From the IMG/VR virus record IMGVR_UViG_3300029705_000244: 44,051 bases of DNA. One strand, written 5' to 3'. The translations under genes were made by a program, and so were the position numbers. The DNA comes from a virus. Each line of letters opens with the position of its first letter. Position 1 is the stretch's first letter. Shown here piece by piece: positions 32,076 through 41,670 of the stretch. Below the pieces are notes generated by a model, which was not told where the DNA came from, made no database searches, and was given only the letters and a program-made list of their open reading frames with translations.

Positions 32076-32471
32076 ATGTTCAGTGTTGATACAGTAAAAG
32101 AACGGTTGAAGTCATTTGGGTATGAGGTCAAGGAAGGTGATGAATTTTCCTTGACCTTTTGCGTTGATAAAGTACGCAATACTATCAAGAATGACACCAA
32201 CCAGTCAGAAGTGCCGGAAGGGTTGGAACACATTGCGGTTGATATGACCGTGGGTGAATTTCTTCTTGCCAAGAAAACCTTTGCACCTGATGACCTTGCG
32301 AACTTTGATTTGACCTATGCAGTAAAGCAGATTCAGACCGGGGACACCAACACGGTGTTTGCGACTGGTGACAGTTCCCTGACCCCGGAACAAAGGCTGA
32401 CCACCTTCATCAATTACCTTTTATCTTATGGAAGGGCTGAATTTTCAGCATACAGAAGATTGAAATGGTAA
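32076..32471 (+). CDS. Head-tail connector/adaptor protein (gp6-like)
   Basis: Position and size. Sequence begins MFSVDTVKERLKSFGYEVKEGDE... Confidence 0.6.
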   Translation: MFSVDTVKERLKSFGYEVKEGDEFSLTFCVDKVRNTIKNDTNQSEVPEGLEHIAVDMTVGEFLLAKKTFAPDDLANFDLTYAVKQIQTGDTNTVFATGDSSLTPEQRLTTFINYLLSYGRAEFSAYRRLKW

Positions 32472-32848
32472 AAGCGGTACAGGCTGCAAGGATTGCAGCA
32501 AGAAAGGCTATTGAAAGCACCTATGACGGTGTGGCGGTAGTCACAGAGTATCAGAAGGTAAAGGATGAGGTCACAAAACTGGTAAACGGTCAGGCGGTGG
32601 TTGTTTTAGAAAATCAACCTTGCCGGGTATCGTTTGAAGGTCTGCAAGCGGTCAATCAGACGGAATCAGCAGCATCAGTCACACAGACCACAAAACTGTT
32701 CATATCACCTGACATTGTTATCAAGCCGGGTTCAAAAATCACAGTGACACAGGCGGGAAGAACTGCTGATTATACTTACAGTAGTGTTCCGGCAGTGTAT
32801 GACACGCATCAGGAAATCATTCTTGACCTGTTCACTGACTGGACGTAA
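32465..32848 (+). CDS. Head closure / head-tail joining protein
   Basis: Overlapping start. Position in the connector block. Confidence 0.55.
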   Translation: MVKAVQAARIAARKAIESTYDGVAVVTEYQKVKDEVTKLVNGQAVVVLENQPCRVSFEGLQAVNQTESAASVTQTTKLFISPDIVIKPGSKITVTQAGRTADYTYSSVPAVYDTHQEIILDLFTDWT

Positions 32849-33310
32849 ATGGGACGGTTTGGAAGTTTTAACATCAGGGGATTGCAAGAATTTCAGAAGG
32901 AACTGAACAAACTGCAAGACCCTGATAAATTTGTGGAATCGTGTGCAAAGGAACTTGCTGCAAGGTTACTTGCAAAGGTAATAAAAAGAACCCCAGTGGG
33001 TGAATACCCTAACGGTTCAGGCAAGTCCGGGGGAACATTAAGAAGGGGTTGGACTGGTCAGAAAAGAGCATCCGCACAGAATTATGCGGAATCCCTGACA
33101 GTTCACCACTTTGGTGACACATACGTCATTGAAATTGTAAACCCGGTGGAATACGCATCTTATGTTGAATACGGTCACAGAACCGCAAATCACAAGGGGT
33201 GGGTCAAGGGTCAGTTTATGATGACCATTTCCGAACAGGAACTTGAAACCATTGCCCCAAAGGTGCTTGAAGCAAAGATTAAGAAGTATTTGAAGGGGTG
33301 CATGAAATAA
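32849..33310 (+). CDS. HK97 gp10-like neck/tail-completion protein
   Basis: The ending ...IVNPVEYASYVEYGHRT is typical of the HK97 gp10 family. Confidence 0.65.
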   Translation: MGRFGSFNIRGLQEFQKELNKLQDPDKFVESCAKELAARLLAKVIKRTPVGEYPNGSGKSGGTLRRGWTGQKRASAQNYAESLTVHHFGDTYVIEIVNPVEYASYVEYGHRTANHKGWVKGQFMMTISEQELETIAPKVLEAKIKKYLKGCMK

Positions 33311-33741
33311 TGATAAATACAATAATTCAGACGGTCAGCATCACTTTAGATGCGGAATTTACAGAAAAGCAGTATGAAATGCACATGGAAGAAGTGAAAC
33401 AGGACTTAGTTGAACCCTGTTTTTTTATTGCGTGTTTGAACCCAACCACTGAACTTTTCCTTGGAAAGCGGTATTTCAGACAAAACAAGTTTGTCATTCA
33501 GTATTTCCCTGAATCAAAAGAGAATTTACAGAATGAATGTAATGCGGTTGCTGAAAGAATGACGTGGTGTTTAGAGTATATCACCATACCGGGTGAAACC
33601 AAACCTATCCGTGGTACAAAGATGAATTATGAAATCATTGACGGTGTTCTGAACTTCTTTGTGAACTATGATTGTTTTGTTTACAGGGTGGAACAGAATG
33701 AAGTTATGGAAACCTTGGAATCAAACACCACAGTAAACTGA
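33310..33741 (+). CDS. Tail completion/terminator-type protein
   Basis: ATG 33310 overlaps the upstream stop, with gaaggggtg 9 nt upstream. Assigned by position before the sheath gene. Confidence 0.55.
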   Translation: MINTIIQTVSITLDAEFTEKQYEMHMEEVKQDLVEPCFFIACLNPTTELFLGKRYFRQNKFVIQYFPESKENLQNECNAVAERMTWCLEYITIPGETKPIRGTKMNYEIIDGVLNFFVNYDCFVYRVEQNEVMETLESNTTVN

Positions 33742-33748
33742 AAGGAAG

Positions 33749-33958
33749 GTGAAGAAGTTGGCAGCTAAGAAGAACAAAGCAGAAGTACAGAGTTCAGCAA
33801 AGGTTGAACAGAAGTTCAGCAAAGTACAGATTCTTGCATCTGCACAGTATGCAAACAGAAGGGATTTGGTGGATGCCCTTCTTGATGACAACAAAAAGTA
33901 CACCAAAGCAGAAGTTGACCAGTTGGTTGACAAATTTATGAAAGGACAGGTGAAATAA
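33749..33958 (+). CDS. Small hypothetical protein preceding the sheath gene
   Basis: GTG after aggaagg. Lys-rich 69-aa protein. Confidence 0.5.
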   Translation: MKKLAAKKNKAEVQSSAKVEQKFSKVQILASAQYANRRDLVDALLDDNKKYTKAEVDQLVDKFMKGQVK

Positions 33959-33959
33959 A

Positions 33960-35267
33960 ATGGCATTAGGTGGCGGTAGTTTTACTACACAAAACAAAGA
34001 ATTACCGGGTGCGTATATCAACTTTGTATCTGCTGCATCCGCATCTGCAACCTTGTCTGCAAGAGGTATTGCAACAATGCCCCTTGAACTTGACTGGGGT
34101 GTAGAAGGTGAAGTTTTTGAAATCACTAATGAAGATTTTCAGAAACGCAGTCAGAAGATTTTGGGTTATGCTTATGACCATGCTAAACTGAAAGGTTTGC
34201 GTGATTTGTTCATTGGTGCAAAGACCCTTTACGCATACCGTTTGAATGGTGGCGGTGCAAAGGCTGCAAATACTTTTGCGGAAGCACGTTACAGTGGTAT
34301 TCGTGGTAATGACATTAAGATTGTGATTCAGGCAAATGCTGATGATGAAGCAAAATTTGATGTTATCACTTACCTTGGTACAGTAGCGGTTGACACACAG
34401 ACCGTTGCAAAAGCAGCAGACCTTGTTGCAAATGATTATGTTGTGTTCAAGGCTGATGCAGTTCTTGCAGTAACCGCAGCAACACCACTTGAAGGTGGTA
34501 CAAACGGTGAAGTGAACGGTGCATCTTATCAGGCATACCTTGACAGAATTGAAGCATACACCTACAACACAATGGGTGTGGTGACAGATGATGCAACAAC
34601 CATTAAGTTGTTCAATTCGTTCAACAAGCGTTTGCGTGATGAAATGGGTATCAAGTTCCAGTTGGTAACCTACAACAACGCAGCCGATTTCATGGGTATC
34701 ATCAGTGTTAAGAACAAGGTAACAGATGAAGGTTGGTCTGCCGCATCCCTTGTATACTGGGTAACTGGTATTCAGGCGGGTTGTGAGGTCAACAAGTCTT
34801 GTCAGAATAAGAAGTATGACGGTGAATTTACTGTTGATGTGGCTTATACACAGACACAGTTGAAGCAGTGCATTAAGAACGGTGAATTTGTATTACACCG
34901 TGTAAATTCTGACATTCGTGTGTTAGATGACATTAACACAATGGTGACAACCAGTGACACTTGCGGTGACGTTTTCAAGGACAATCAGACAATCCGTGTG
35001 ATTGACCAGTTGGGTAATGATGATGCGGTGTTGTTCAACACTAAGTACCTTGGTGTTGTACCAAACAATGCTTCCGGCAGAACTTCCCTTTGGTCTGACC
35101 TTGTTAAGATTCGTCAGAACTTACAGGATATGGGTGCGATTGAAAACTTTGCTGATTCTGATGTTACCATTGCACAGGGTGACACCAAAAAGGCAGTAGT
35201 TGTCACAAGTGGTGTTGAAGTTGTCAATGCTATGGGTAAACTTTATATGACAGTTACGGTTCGATAA
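33960..35267 (+). CDS. Tail sheath protein (XkdK-like)
   Basis: N-terminus MALGGGSFTTQNKELPGAYINFVSAA is typical of PBSX-type sheath proteins. Confidence 0.9.
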   Translation: MALGGGSFTTQNKELPGAYINFVSAASASATLSARGIATMPLELDWGVEGEVFEITNEDFQKRSQKILGYAYDHAKLKGLRDLFIGAKTLYAYRLNGGGAKAANTFAEARYSGIRGNDIKIVIQANADDEAKFDVITYLGTVAVDTQTVAKAADLVANDYVVFKADAVLAVTAATPLEGGTNGEVNGASYQAYLDRIEAYTYNTMGVVTDDATTIKLFNSFNKRLRDEMGIKFQLVTYNNAADFMGIISVKNKVTDEGWSAASLVYWVTGIQAGCEVNKSCQNKKYDGEFTVDVAYTQTQLKQCIKNGEFVLHRVNSDIRVLDDINTMVTTSDTCGDVFKDNQTIRVIDQLGNDDAVLFNTKYLGVVPNNASGRTSLWSDLVKIRQNLQDMGAIENFADSDVTIAQGDTKKAVVVTSGVEVVNAMGKLYMTVTVR

Positions 35268-35285
35268 GGAAGGCGGTGAAAGAAG

Positions 35286-35768
35286 ATGCAGAACAATGTT
35301 ACAATGAAAGCACGTGACACGATTGCTGCAAAGTTGGCTGAATGTTTCATCACTGTTGGAACACGCAGATACAACTTCATGCAGATGATTGACATGGAAG
35401 TTAAGGTTGAAAAGACCAAGACAACAGTTCCCCGCCTTGGTGCTATCATGGCGGGTCACAAGTCTTGTGGTATGGAAGGTACTTTCAGCGGTACTGCACA
35501 CTACAATCAGTCGGTAATGCGTCAGTGTTTGCTTGATTACAAGAACACTGGTGAAGATACCTACTTTGAAATGCAGATTACTAATGATGACCCTACCAGT
35601 GAAGCGGGCAGACAGACAATCATTTTGTATGACTGCAACACTGACGGTGGTGTACTTGCCAAGTTTGATGCAGACGGTGAGTATTTGGATGAAGAAATTG
35701 AAGGAACTTTTGAAGATTTCTCTATGCCTGAATCCTTTGCAAATCTCACTGGTTTCCTTACCAACTAA
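35286..35768 (+). CDS. Tail tube protein (XkdM-like)
   Basis: Size and position after the sheath gene. Sequence includes KARDTIAAKLAECFITVGTRRYNFMQ. Confidence 0.85.
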   Translation: MQNNVTMKARDTIAAKLAECFITVGTRRYNFMQMIDMEVKVEKTKTTVPRLGAIMAGHKSCGMEGTFSGTAHYNQSVMRQCLLDYKNTGEDTYFEMQITNDDPTSEAGRQTIILYDCNTDGGVLAKFDADGEYLDEEIEGTFEDFSMPESFANLTGFLTN

Positions 35769-35779
35769 CAACTGAATAA

Positions 35780-35822
35780 CCCCTTGTGTGACCTTATATA
35801 ACGGTCATATAAGGGGTTTTTT
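35780..35822 (+). terminator. Rho-independent terminator after the tube gene
   Basis: cccctt...aagggg with an inner tgacc/ggtca stem, then tttttt. Confidence 0.7.
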
Positions 35823-35857
35823 CTATTTATTGAATAACTGAAAAGGAGTAAAAGAAA

Positions 35858-36289
35858 ATGAGTAAATTTAGTCAGTTTATGAAATCCAACAAAGCACAGA
35901 AAACAAACGGTTTCTATGCACCAACTGCATCCCTTACGGATGAAAACGGTAAACCCCTTGAATGGGAGTTCAGACACATTGGGTCTAAGGAAAATGAAAC
36001 CTTGCGTGAATCTTGCACCATTGAAGTTCAGGTTACTGGTAAACCAAACTTGTTCAGACCTAAGTTGAACACTTCCCAGTATCTTTCCAAGATGATTGTT
36101 GCTGCAACGGTGACACCTGACCTTTATGATGTAGAATTACAGGATTCCTATGGTGTGAAAACCCCGGAAGATTTGCTTTTTGCAATGGTTGATGATGCGG
36201 GTGAATATCAGGATTTCAGTGTTTGGATGCAGAAGTTTCAGGGTTTCACTAAGACTTTTGAAGAAAAGGTTGATGAAGCAAAAAACTAA
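35858..36289 (+). CDS. Tail assembly chaperone (XkdN-like), zero-frame product
   Basis: Lies between the tube and tape-measure genes. Ends in the slippery sequence A_AAA_AAC then TAA. Confidence 0.85.
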   Translation: MSKFSQFMKSNKAQKTNGFYAPTASLTDENGKPLEWEFRHIGSKENETLRESCTIEVQVTGKPNLFRPKLNTSQYLSKMIVAATVTPDLYDVELQDSYGVKTPEDLLFAMVDDAGEYQDFSVWMQKFQGFTKTFEEKVDEAKN

Positions 36290-36480
36290 TAGAAGAAGGG
36301 GATTGGGAAGCAAACGTTGCTTACTATGCCCTTCACAAACTTCACATTTTACCTTCTGCCTTACTTGAAATGGAAGAACAGGAAAAAGCATTTGTTGTTG
36401 CTGCTATCAGGTTAAAGACAGAAAACGATAAGAAAGAAAAGAAGAAAGCGGAAAGTAAAGCCCGCAAGAAAGGAAAATAG
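35858..36480 (+). CDS. Tail assembly chaperone, -1 frameshift-extended product (G/GT-like)
   Basis: The -1 frame is open from 36286 to TAG 36478-36480 (..KKLIEEGDWEANVAYYALHKL...KKGK). There is no independent start or RBS for this frame. Confidence 0.7.
36280..36286 (+). promoter_or_regulatory. Programmed -1 ribosomal frameshift slippery heptamer A_AAA_AAC
   Basis: The X_XXY_YYZ pattern is in the zero frame, immediately before the stop codon. Confidence 0.7.
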
Positions 36481-36498
36481 AAAGGTAGGTGAAAAGCG

Positions 36499-39141
36499 GT
36501 GGCATCAATTCAGACAGGTATTGAATTACAAGACCAGTTCACAGGGGTCATTTACGGTATTATCAATGCAGTCAATATGACAGTTTCCACAATGGAAAAT
36601 ATGCAACACACCATGAACAGTGATGTGGATGCAAGTGCCTTTGAAGGTGTACGTGATGAAATCAATGAAGCAACCCTTGCACTGGATGAATTTATTGCAT
36701 CTATGGGAAACCTTTCAGTCACAAATACTGACCCATTTGTGCAACCAACCGTACCAAGTCCGGCTGAACCGCAAAGAACACCTGAATGGACACACGCACC
36801 CCCCGGTATGGATGTATTTACAGGTTCAGGGTTTGAACGATTTCATCAGGAAGTTCAGAGTGCTAACACAATGCTTGACCAGTTATGCACAACGCAAGAT
36901 GCGATTGCACAACAGGCATACAATACAAACGTTTTATCCCCTGAAGCATTTCAGGACTTAAACAGATTAGCGGTCAGAATCGACACAGTGCGTGACCGTA
37001 TTCATCAGATTGAAAGTAACCCGCTGAACATGGGAACTGATACCGCAAATGCGGAATTGGAACAGTTGCGTTCCCAGTTAAGTCAGGCAGTTCAGGAACA
37101 GAATGATTTGAATACTGCAATGCAGAACATGGACGTGTCAGCAGTAAATGATGCGTATTTGAGATTATCGAACACCGTAAGCAATACGGAACGATACATC
37201 AGGGACAATGTTGATGAACAGGGCAGATTCAATCAGGAAATCAATGAAGGTATTTCACAGGCTGATGACCTGATGAATACTATCAAAGGTGTGGTTGGTG
37301 CTTACATCAGTGTTCAGGCACTTGGTGATGTACTGAACCTATCTGATGAACTGGTTCAAACCAACGCAAGACTGGATATGGTTGCTAAGAACTTAGAAGG
37401 TTCAGATGAATTACTAAACATGGTGTACGCATCCGCACAGAACGCAAGGGGTTCACTGTCAGGTATGGCAGACGTTGTTGCCCGGTTCGGTAACAATGCA
37501 AGGGATGCTTTCAGTAGTTCAGAAGAAGTTGTTGCGTTTGCTGAACTGGTGCAGAAGCAGATGACAGTTGCCGGGGCATCCACAACGGAAGCATCCGCAG
37601 CAATGTTACAGTTGTCACAGGGCTTGGGTTCAGGTGTGTTACGTGGTGACGAATTGAACAGTATTTTTGAACAAGCACCTAACCTGATTCAGAATATTGC
37701 TGATTATTTGGGTGTTCCTATTGGAACAATCCGTGAAATGGCATCAGAAGGTGAGTTGACCGCTGACATTGTAAAGAACGCAATCTTTGCAGCATCAGAT
37801 GAAATCAACGCAAACTTTGCTGCAATGTCTATGACTTGGGGACAGATTTGGCAGTCTATGCAGAATACCGCAACCATGGCTTTCCAACCAGTCCTTCAAA
37901 GAATCAATCAGATTGCCGGAAGTGACGGTTTCCAAACCTTTGTGAATGGTGCGATTGAAGCACTTGCAACACTGGCAAACGTTGCCCTGAACGTCTTTGA
38001 TTTCATGGCTTCTTGCGGTCAGTTCGTTGCTGATAACTGGTCAATCATCAGCCCTATTGTTTGGGGTCTTGTTGGTGCATTGGCGGTATATGGTGCATAC
38101 CTTGCTATCACAAAAGGTCTTGAACTGGCAAGTGCAGCAGCTTCCGCAATTCATGCAGCATTTATGTCTGCAAAAATTGGAATTACCGCAGCACTTACAG
38201 GTTCAACAATGGCTGCAACCGCTGCACAAATGGGTTATAACGGTGCGTTATATGCGTGTCCTATCGTGTGGATTATCATGCTGATTATTGCCCTGATTGC
38301 AATTATCTATGCGGTTTGTAGTGCAATCGCAGAAATGACAGGTGTTGCAAATAGTGGGTTCGGTGTCATCACTGGTGGTGTCAACGTGGTTATTCAGTTC
38401 TTTAAGAATTTAGGGTTATCCATTGCGAACATTGCACTGGGTATTGGTAATGCGATTGCTGCCCTTGGTTCAAACATGATGACCGCATTTAAGAACGCAA
38501 TCCTTTCCATTCAGTCTTGGTTTTATGGTTTACTTTCCACTGCCTTGACCGTTGTGGAAGGTATATGTGAAGCACTGAACAAATTACCATTCGTTGAATT
38601 TGATTATTCAGGTATCAGTCAGGCAGCAGATGACTATGCTGCAAAATCGGCAGAAGCAGCCAACAGTAAGGGTGAATATAAGTCAATCGGTGATGCGTTC
38701 AATGAAGGTATGTCAACCTTTGATACGTTTCAGGACGGTTGGGTTTCAGATGCCTTTGATGCGGGTGCTGCTTGGGGTGACGGTATTGCGGATTCAGTTA
38801 GTAATTTCAGTATGTCGGACTTACTTGGTAGTACGGATATTCCGAACCCGGCAGATTATGACTACACTTCCCAGTTTGCGGGAATGAATGACAGTCTTGA
38901 CAGTATTTCAACGGACACAAGTGGTATATCTGATGCAATGGATATTACCCAAGAAGAATTGAAGTATATGCGTGACCTTGCTGAACAGGAATCAGTGAAC
39001 AGATACACAACCGCAGAAATCACCATTGAGCAGACCAACCATAACACTGTGAACGGTGGAATGGACTTAGACGGTATTGTTTCAGGTTTGACGGATGCAG
39101 TTGATGAAGCAGTTGAAATTGTAGTTGGAAAGGGGGAATAA
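36499..39141 (+). CDS. Tape measure protein
   Basis: 880 aa with coiled-coil and central hydrophobic segments. Conserved TMP core (..AMLQLSQGLGSGVLRGDELNSIFEQAPNL..). GTG start after aggtgaaaagcg. Confidence 0.92.
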   Translation: MASIQTGIELQDQFTGVIYGIINAVNMTVSTMENMQHTMNSDVDASAFEGVRDEINEATLALDEFIASMGNLSVTNTDPFVQPTVPSPAEPQRTPEWTHAPPGMDVFTGSGFERFHQEVQSANTMLDQLCTTQDAIAQQAYNTNVLSPEAFQDLNRLAVRIDTVRDRIHQIESNPLNMGTDTANAELEQLRSQLSQAVQEQNDLNTAMQNMDVSAVNDAYLRLSNTVSNTERYIRDNVDEQGRFNQEINEGISQADDLMNTIKGVVGAYISVQALGDVLNLSDELVQTNARLDMVAKNLEGSDELLNMVYASAQNARGSLSGMADVVARFGNNARDAFSSSEEVVAFAELVQKQMTVAGASTTEASAAMLQLSQGLGSGVLRGDELNSIFEQAPNLIQNIADYLGVPIGTIREMASEGELTADIVKNAIFAASDEINANFAAMSMTWGQIWQSMQNTATMAFQPVLQRINQIAGSDGFQTFVNGAIEALATLANVALNVFDFMASCGQFVADNWSIISPIVWGLVGALAVYGAYLAITKGLELASAAASAIHAAFMSAKIGITAALTGSTMAATAAQMGYNGALYACPIVWIIMLIIALIAIIYAVCSAIAEMTGVANSGFGVITGGVNVVIQFFKNLGLSIANIALGIGNAIAALGSNMMTAFKNAILSIQSWFYGLLSTALTVVEGICEALNKLPFVEFDYSGISQAADDYAAKSAEAANSKGEYKSIGDAFNEGMSTFDTFQDGWVSDAFDAGAAWGDGIADSVSNFSMSDLLGSTDIPNPADYDYTSQFAGMNDSLDSISTDTSGISDAMDITQEELKYMRDLAEQESVNRYTTAEITIEQTNHNTVNGGMDLDGIVSGLTDAVDEAVEIVVGKGE

Positions 39142-39145
39142 GAGA

Positions 39146-39835
39146 ATGGCAAAAACTGGATATGATTTTTATTTAGATAAGTGCTTGTTACCTGTTGCCC
39201 CTTCTAAACTCACAATCAAGATAAACAATAAAAATGACACGTTGACCCTTATCAATGAAGGTGAAATTAACATCCTGAAAAAAGCGGGGTTGACTGATGT
39301 TGAGTTTGAATGTGATATACCGCAAGTGAAACAACCCTATGCGGTATATCCGTCAGGGTTCAAGGGTGCAAGTTACTTCCTGAACTACTTTGAACAGTTA
39401 AAAACAGACAAGAAACCGTTTCAGTTTATCGTATGCAGACAGTCACCAAATGGTAAGAAGTTCTTCAATACCAACATCAAGGTGACCTTGGAAGATTATA
39501 AAATCACAGAGGATGCGAAACAGGGATTTGACCTGAAAGTCAAAGTGAAACTGAAACAGTGGCGGGACTATGGTACAAAAACGGTCAATGTTACGATTGC
39601 CGGAAATAAACCAAAGGCAAGTGTTGAACCGACAAGACCGACACCAACCGCACCTGTTCCGGCATCACCGCAGACGTACACGGTCAAGAAGGGTGATTGT
39701 CTTTGGGCTATTGCTAAGAAGTATTATGGCAACGGTTCAAAATATACCATTATTTACAATGCAAACAAGGGTGTCATTGGTGGCAACCCTAACCTGATTT
39801 ATCCGGGACAGGTTTTGACGATTCCGGCAGCATAG
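39146..39835 (+). CDS. LysM-domain tail protein (XkdP-like)
   Basis: C-terminal LysM repeat YTVKKGDCLWAIAKKYYGNGSKYTIIYNANK...GQVLTIP. Confidence 0.85.
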   Translation: MAKTGYDFYLDKCLLPVAPSKLTIKINNKNDTLTLINEGEINILKKAGLTDVEFECDIPQVKQPYAVYPSGFKGASYFLNYFEQLKTDKKPFQFIVCRQSPNGKKFFNTNIKVTLEDYKITEDAKQGFDLKVKVKLKQWRDYGTKTVNVTIAGNKPKASVEPTRPTPTAPVPASPQTYTVKKGDCLWAIAKKYYGNGSKYTIIYNANKGVIGGNPNLIYPGQVLTIPAA

Positions 39836-39849
39836 AAAGGGGTGATTCA

Positions 39850-40830
39850 ATGAACGTTGAACTTTTGGTTGGTAATGAATCAGGAACAAAAGTATATCAG
39901 CCCGCAGTGGAAGAAGGGGTTGAATGGTCAACTGAAAGAAGAAGCACCCCCGGAAAACTGGTTTTCAAAGTCTTGAAGGATGACATTCTTGATTTTTCGG
40001 AAGGTAGTCCTGTCAGGTTACGTGTGGACGGTGACAATGTGTTTTTTGGTTTTGTGTTCAAGCAACAGAGAACAAAAGACCAAATTATCACGGTCACCGC
40101 CTATGACCAGTTGCGGTATTTGAAAAATAAAGATACCAAGGTCTATGAAAACAAGACCGCTTCCCAGTTTATTTCAATGTTGGCTGCTGATTTTCAGTTG
40201 AACGTTGGGACACTGGAAAACACCGGGTATGTGATACCTTCAAGGGTGGAAGAAAATACCGCCTTATTTGAAATGATTGAAAATGCCCTTGACCTGACCC
40301 TGACAAATACCGGGGAAATGTTCGTGTTATATGATGACTTTGGTAAGTTGACCTTGAAAGCACTGTCATCAATGTATGTCGGTGTTCCGGGTGCATATCT
40401 GATGATTGATGAAGAAACAGGTGAAAACTTTGAATATTCTTCTTCTATTGATGACAACACCTACAACAAAGTGAAACTGACCTATGACAATGAAGATACA
40501 GGATATAGGGAAGTATATATTGCACAGGATTCTTCCAACATTGGCAAATGGGGCATCTTGCAGTATTTTGATACATTGCAGAAAGGGGAAAACGGTCAGG
40601 CAAAGGCTGATGCACTGTTATCCCTTTATAATAAAAAGACCCGCAGCCTTAGAATCACCAACGCAATCGGTGACAATAGGGTCAGGGCGGGTTCAATGGT
40701 AGTCATCAACCTTGACCTTGGTGATACAAAGGTGAAAAATTTCATGCTTGTGGAAAAAGTCACTCACACCTACAAGGAAGGTGAACACTGGATGAACCTG
40801 ACGTTGAGAGGTGGTGAGTTCGTTGCCTGA
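39850..40830 (+). CDS. Baseplate hub / late-control-D-like protein (XkdQ-like)
   Basis: Position and size. Sequence begins MNVELLVGNESGTKVYQPAVEEGVEWSTER... Confidence 0.75.
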   Translation: MNVELLVGNESGTKVYQPAVEEGVEWSTERRSTPGKLVFKVLKDDILDFSEGSPVRLRVDGDNVFFGFVFKQQRTKDQIITVTAYDQLRYLKNKDTKVYENKTASQFISMLAADFQLNVGTLENTGYVIPSRVEENTALFEMIENALDLTLTNTGEMFVLYDDFGKLTLKALSSMYVGVPGAYLMIDEETGENFEYSSSIDDNTYNKVKLTYDNEDTGYREVYIAQDSSNIGKWGILQYFDTLQKGENGQAKADALLSLYNKKTRSLRITNAIGDNRVRAGSMVVINLDLGDTKVKNFMLVEKVTHTYKEGEHWMNLTLRGGEFVA

Positions 40831-41263
40831 TGCAGTTGGGCTTGTCAAAGCAATGAAACGTGCAGCACTTGAAGCAATGGAATCCGCTAAACCAGTGAAC
40901 GTGTACTTTGGTCAGGTGGTATCTGCTTCACCGTTGCAGATAAATGTTGAACAAAAAATGATACTGGGGAAAGCCCAGTTGATTCTTTCCCGGAACGTGA
41001 CGGAATACAAAACCATGGTCACGGTTCAGTGGGAAACTGAAAAGGAAACACAGAACCATACCCACAAGGTTGAAGGGTCTGACGGTGAAGGTGATTCAAT
41101 CAATATCACCAGTAAGACCCAAAATGTGAAACACACGCATAACGTTGTGGGTCAGAAAGAAATCACTATCCACAATCAGTTGGAAGTTGGTGATGAAGTA
41201 ATTTTAATCAGGCAACAGGAAGGTCAGAAGTATGTTGTCATTGACAGAATTGGGGTGATGTAA
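40811..41263 (+). CDS. Baseplate protein (XkdR-like, DUF2577-like)
   Basis: VNVYFGQVVSASPLQINVEQKMILGKAQLILSR pattern. Start is uncertain. Confidence 0.7.
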   Translation: MVSSLPDAVGLVKAMKRAALEAMESAKPVNVYFGQVVSASPLQINVEQKMILGKAQLILSRNVTEYKTMVTVQWETEKETQNHTHKVEGSDGEGDSINITSKTQNVKHTHNVVGQKEITIHNQLEVGDEVILIRQQEGQKYVVIDRIGVM

Positions 41264-41265
41264 AC

Positions 41266-41670
41266 GTGATACCTTCAACCGTTGGTTTCCTTGACCAAGA
41301 TTTTGAGATTGAGGAACAACCAAGTAAAAACTACAAAATGGACTTGAACGGAAATTCAGTCAGGGGTTTTTGTGATTCACTGGAAGCAATGAAACAGACT
41401 GTTTTCAGGATATTAAGCACGGAACGGTATCAGTATGTTATCTATTCGTGGAATTATGGCATTGAAACCCTTGACCTTTACGGTCAGCCTGTTACTTATG
41501 TATGCCCTGAACTTGAACGCAGAATTGAAGAAGCATTACTTGCTGATTCACGCATTGTCAGGGTATCAGACTTTGAACATGACACCAGTGTCAAAGGGGT
41601 GGTTCATACCACTTTTACCGTTCACACGGTATTTGGTGATTTTGCAGCAGAGAAAGAGGTGAATATTTGA
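41266..41670 (+). CDS. Baseplate protein (XkdS-like, DUF2634-like)
   Basis: DFEIEEQPSKNYKMDLNGNSVRGFCDSLEAMKQTVFRILSTERYQY pattern. Confidence 0.75.
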   Translation: MIPSTVGFLDQDFEIEEQPSKNYKMDLNGNSVRGFCDSLEAMKQTVFRILSTERYQYVIYSWNYGIETLDLYGQPVTYVCPELERRIEEALLADSRIVRVSDFEHDTSVKGVVHTTFTVHTVFGDFAAEKEVNI

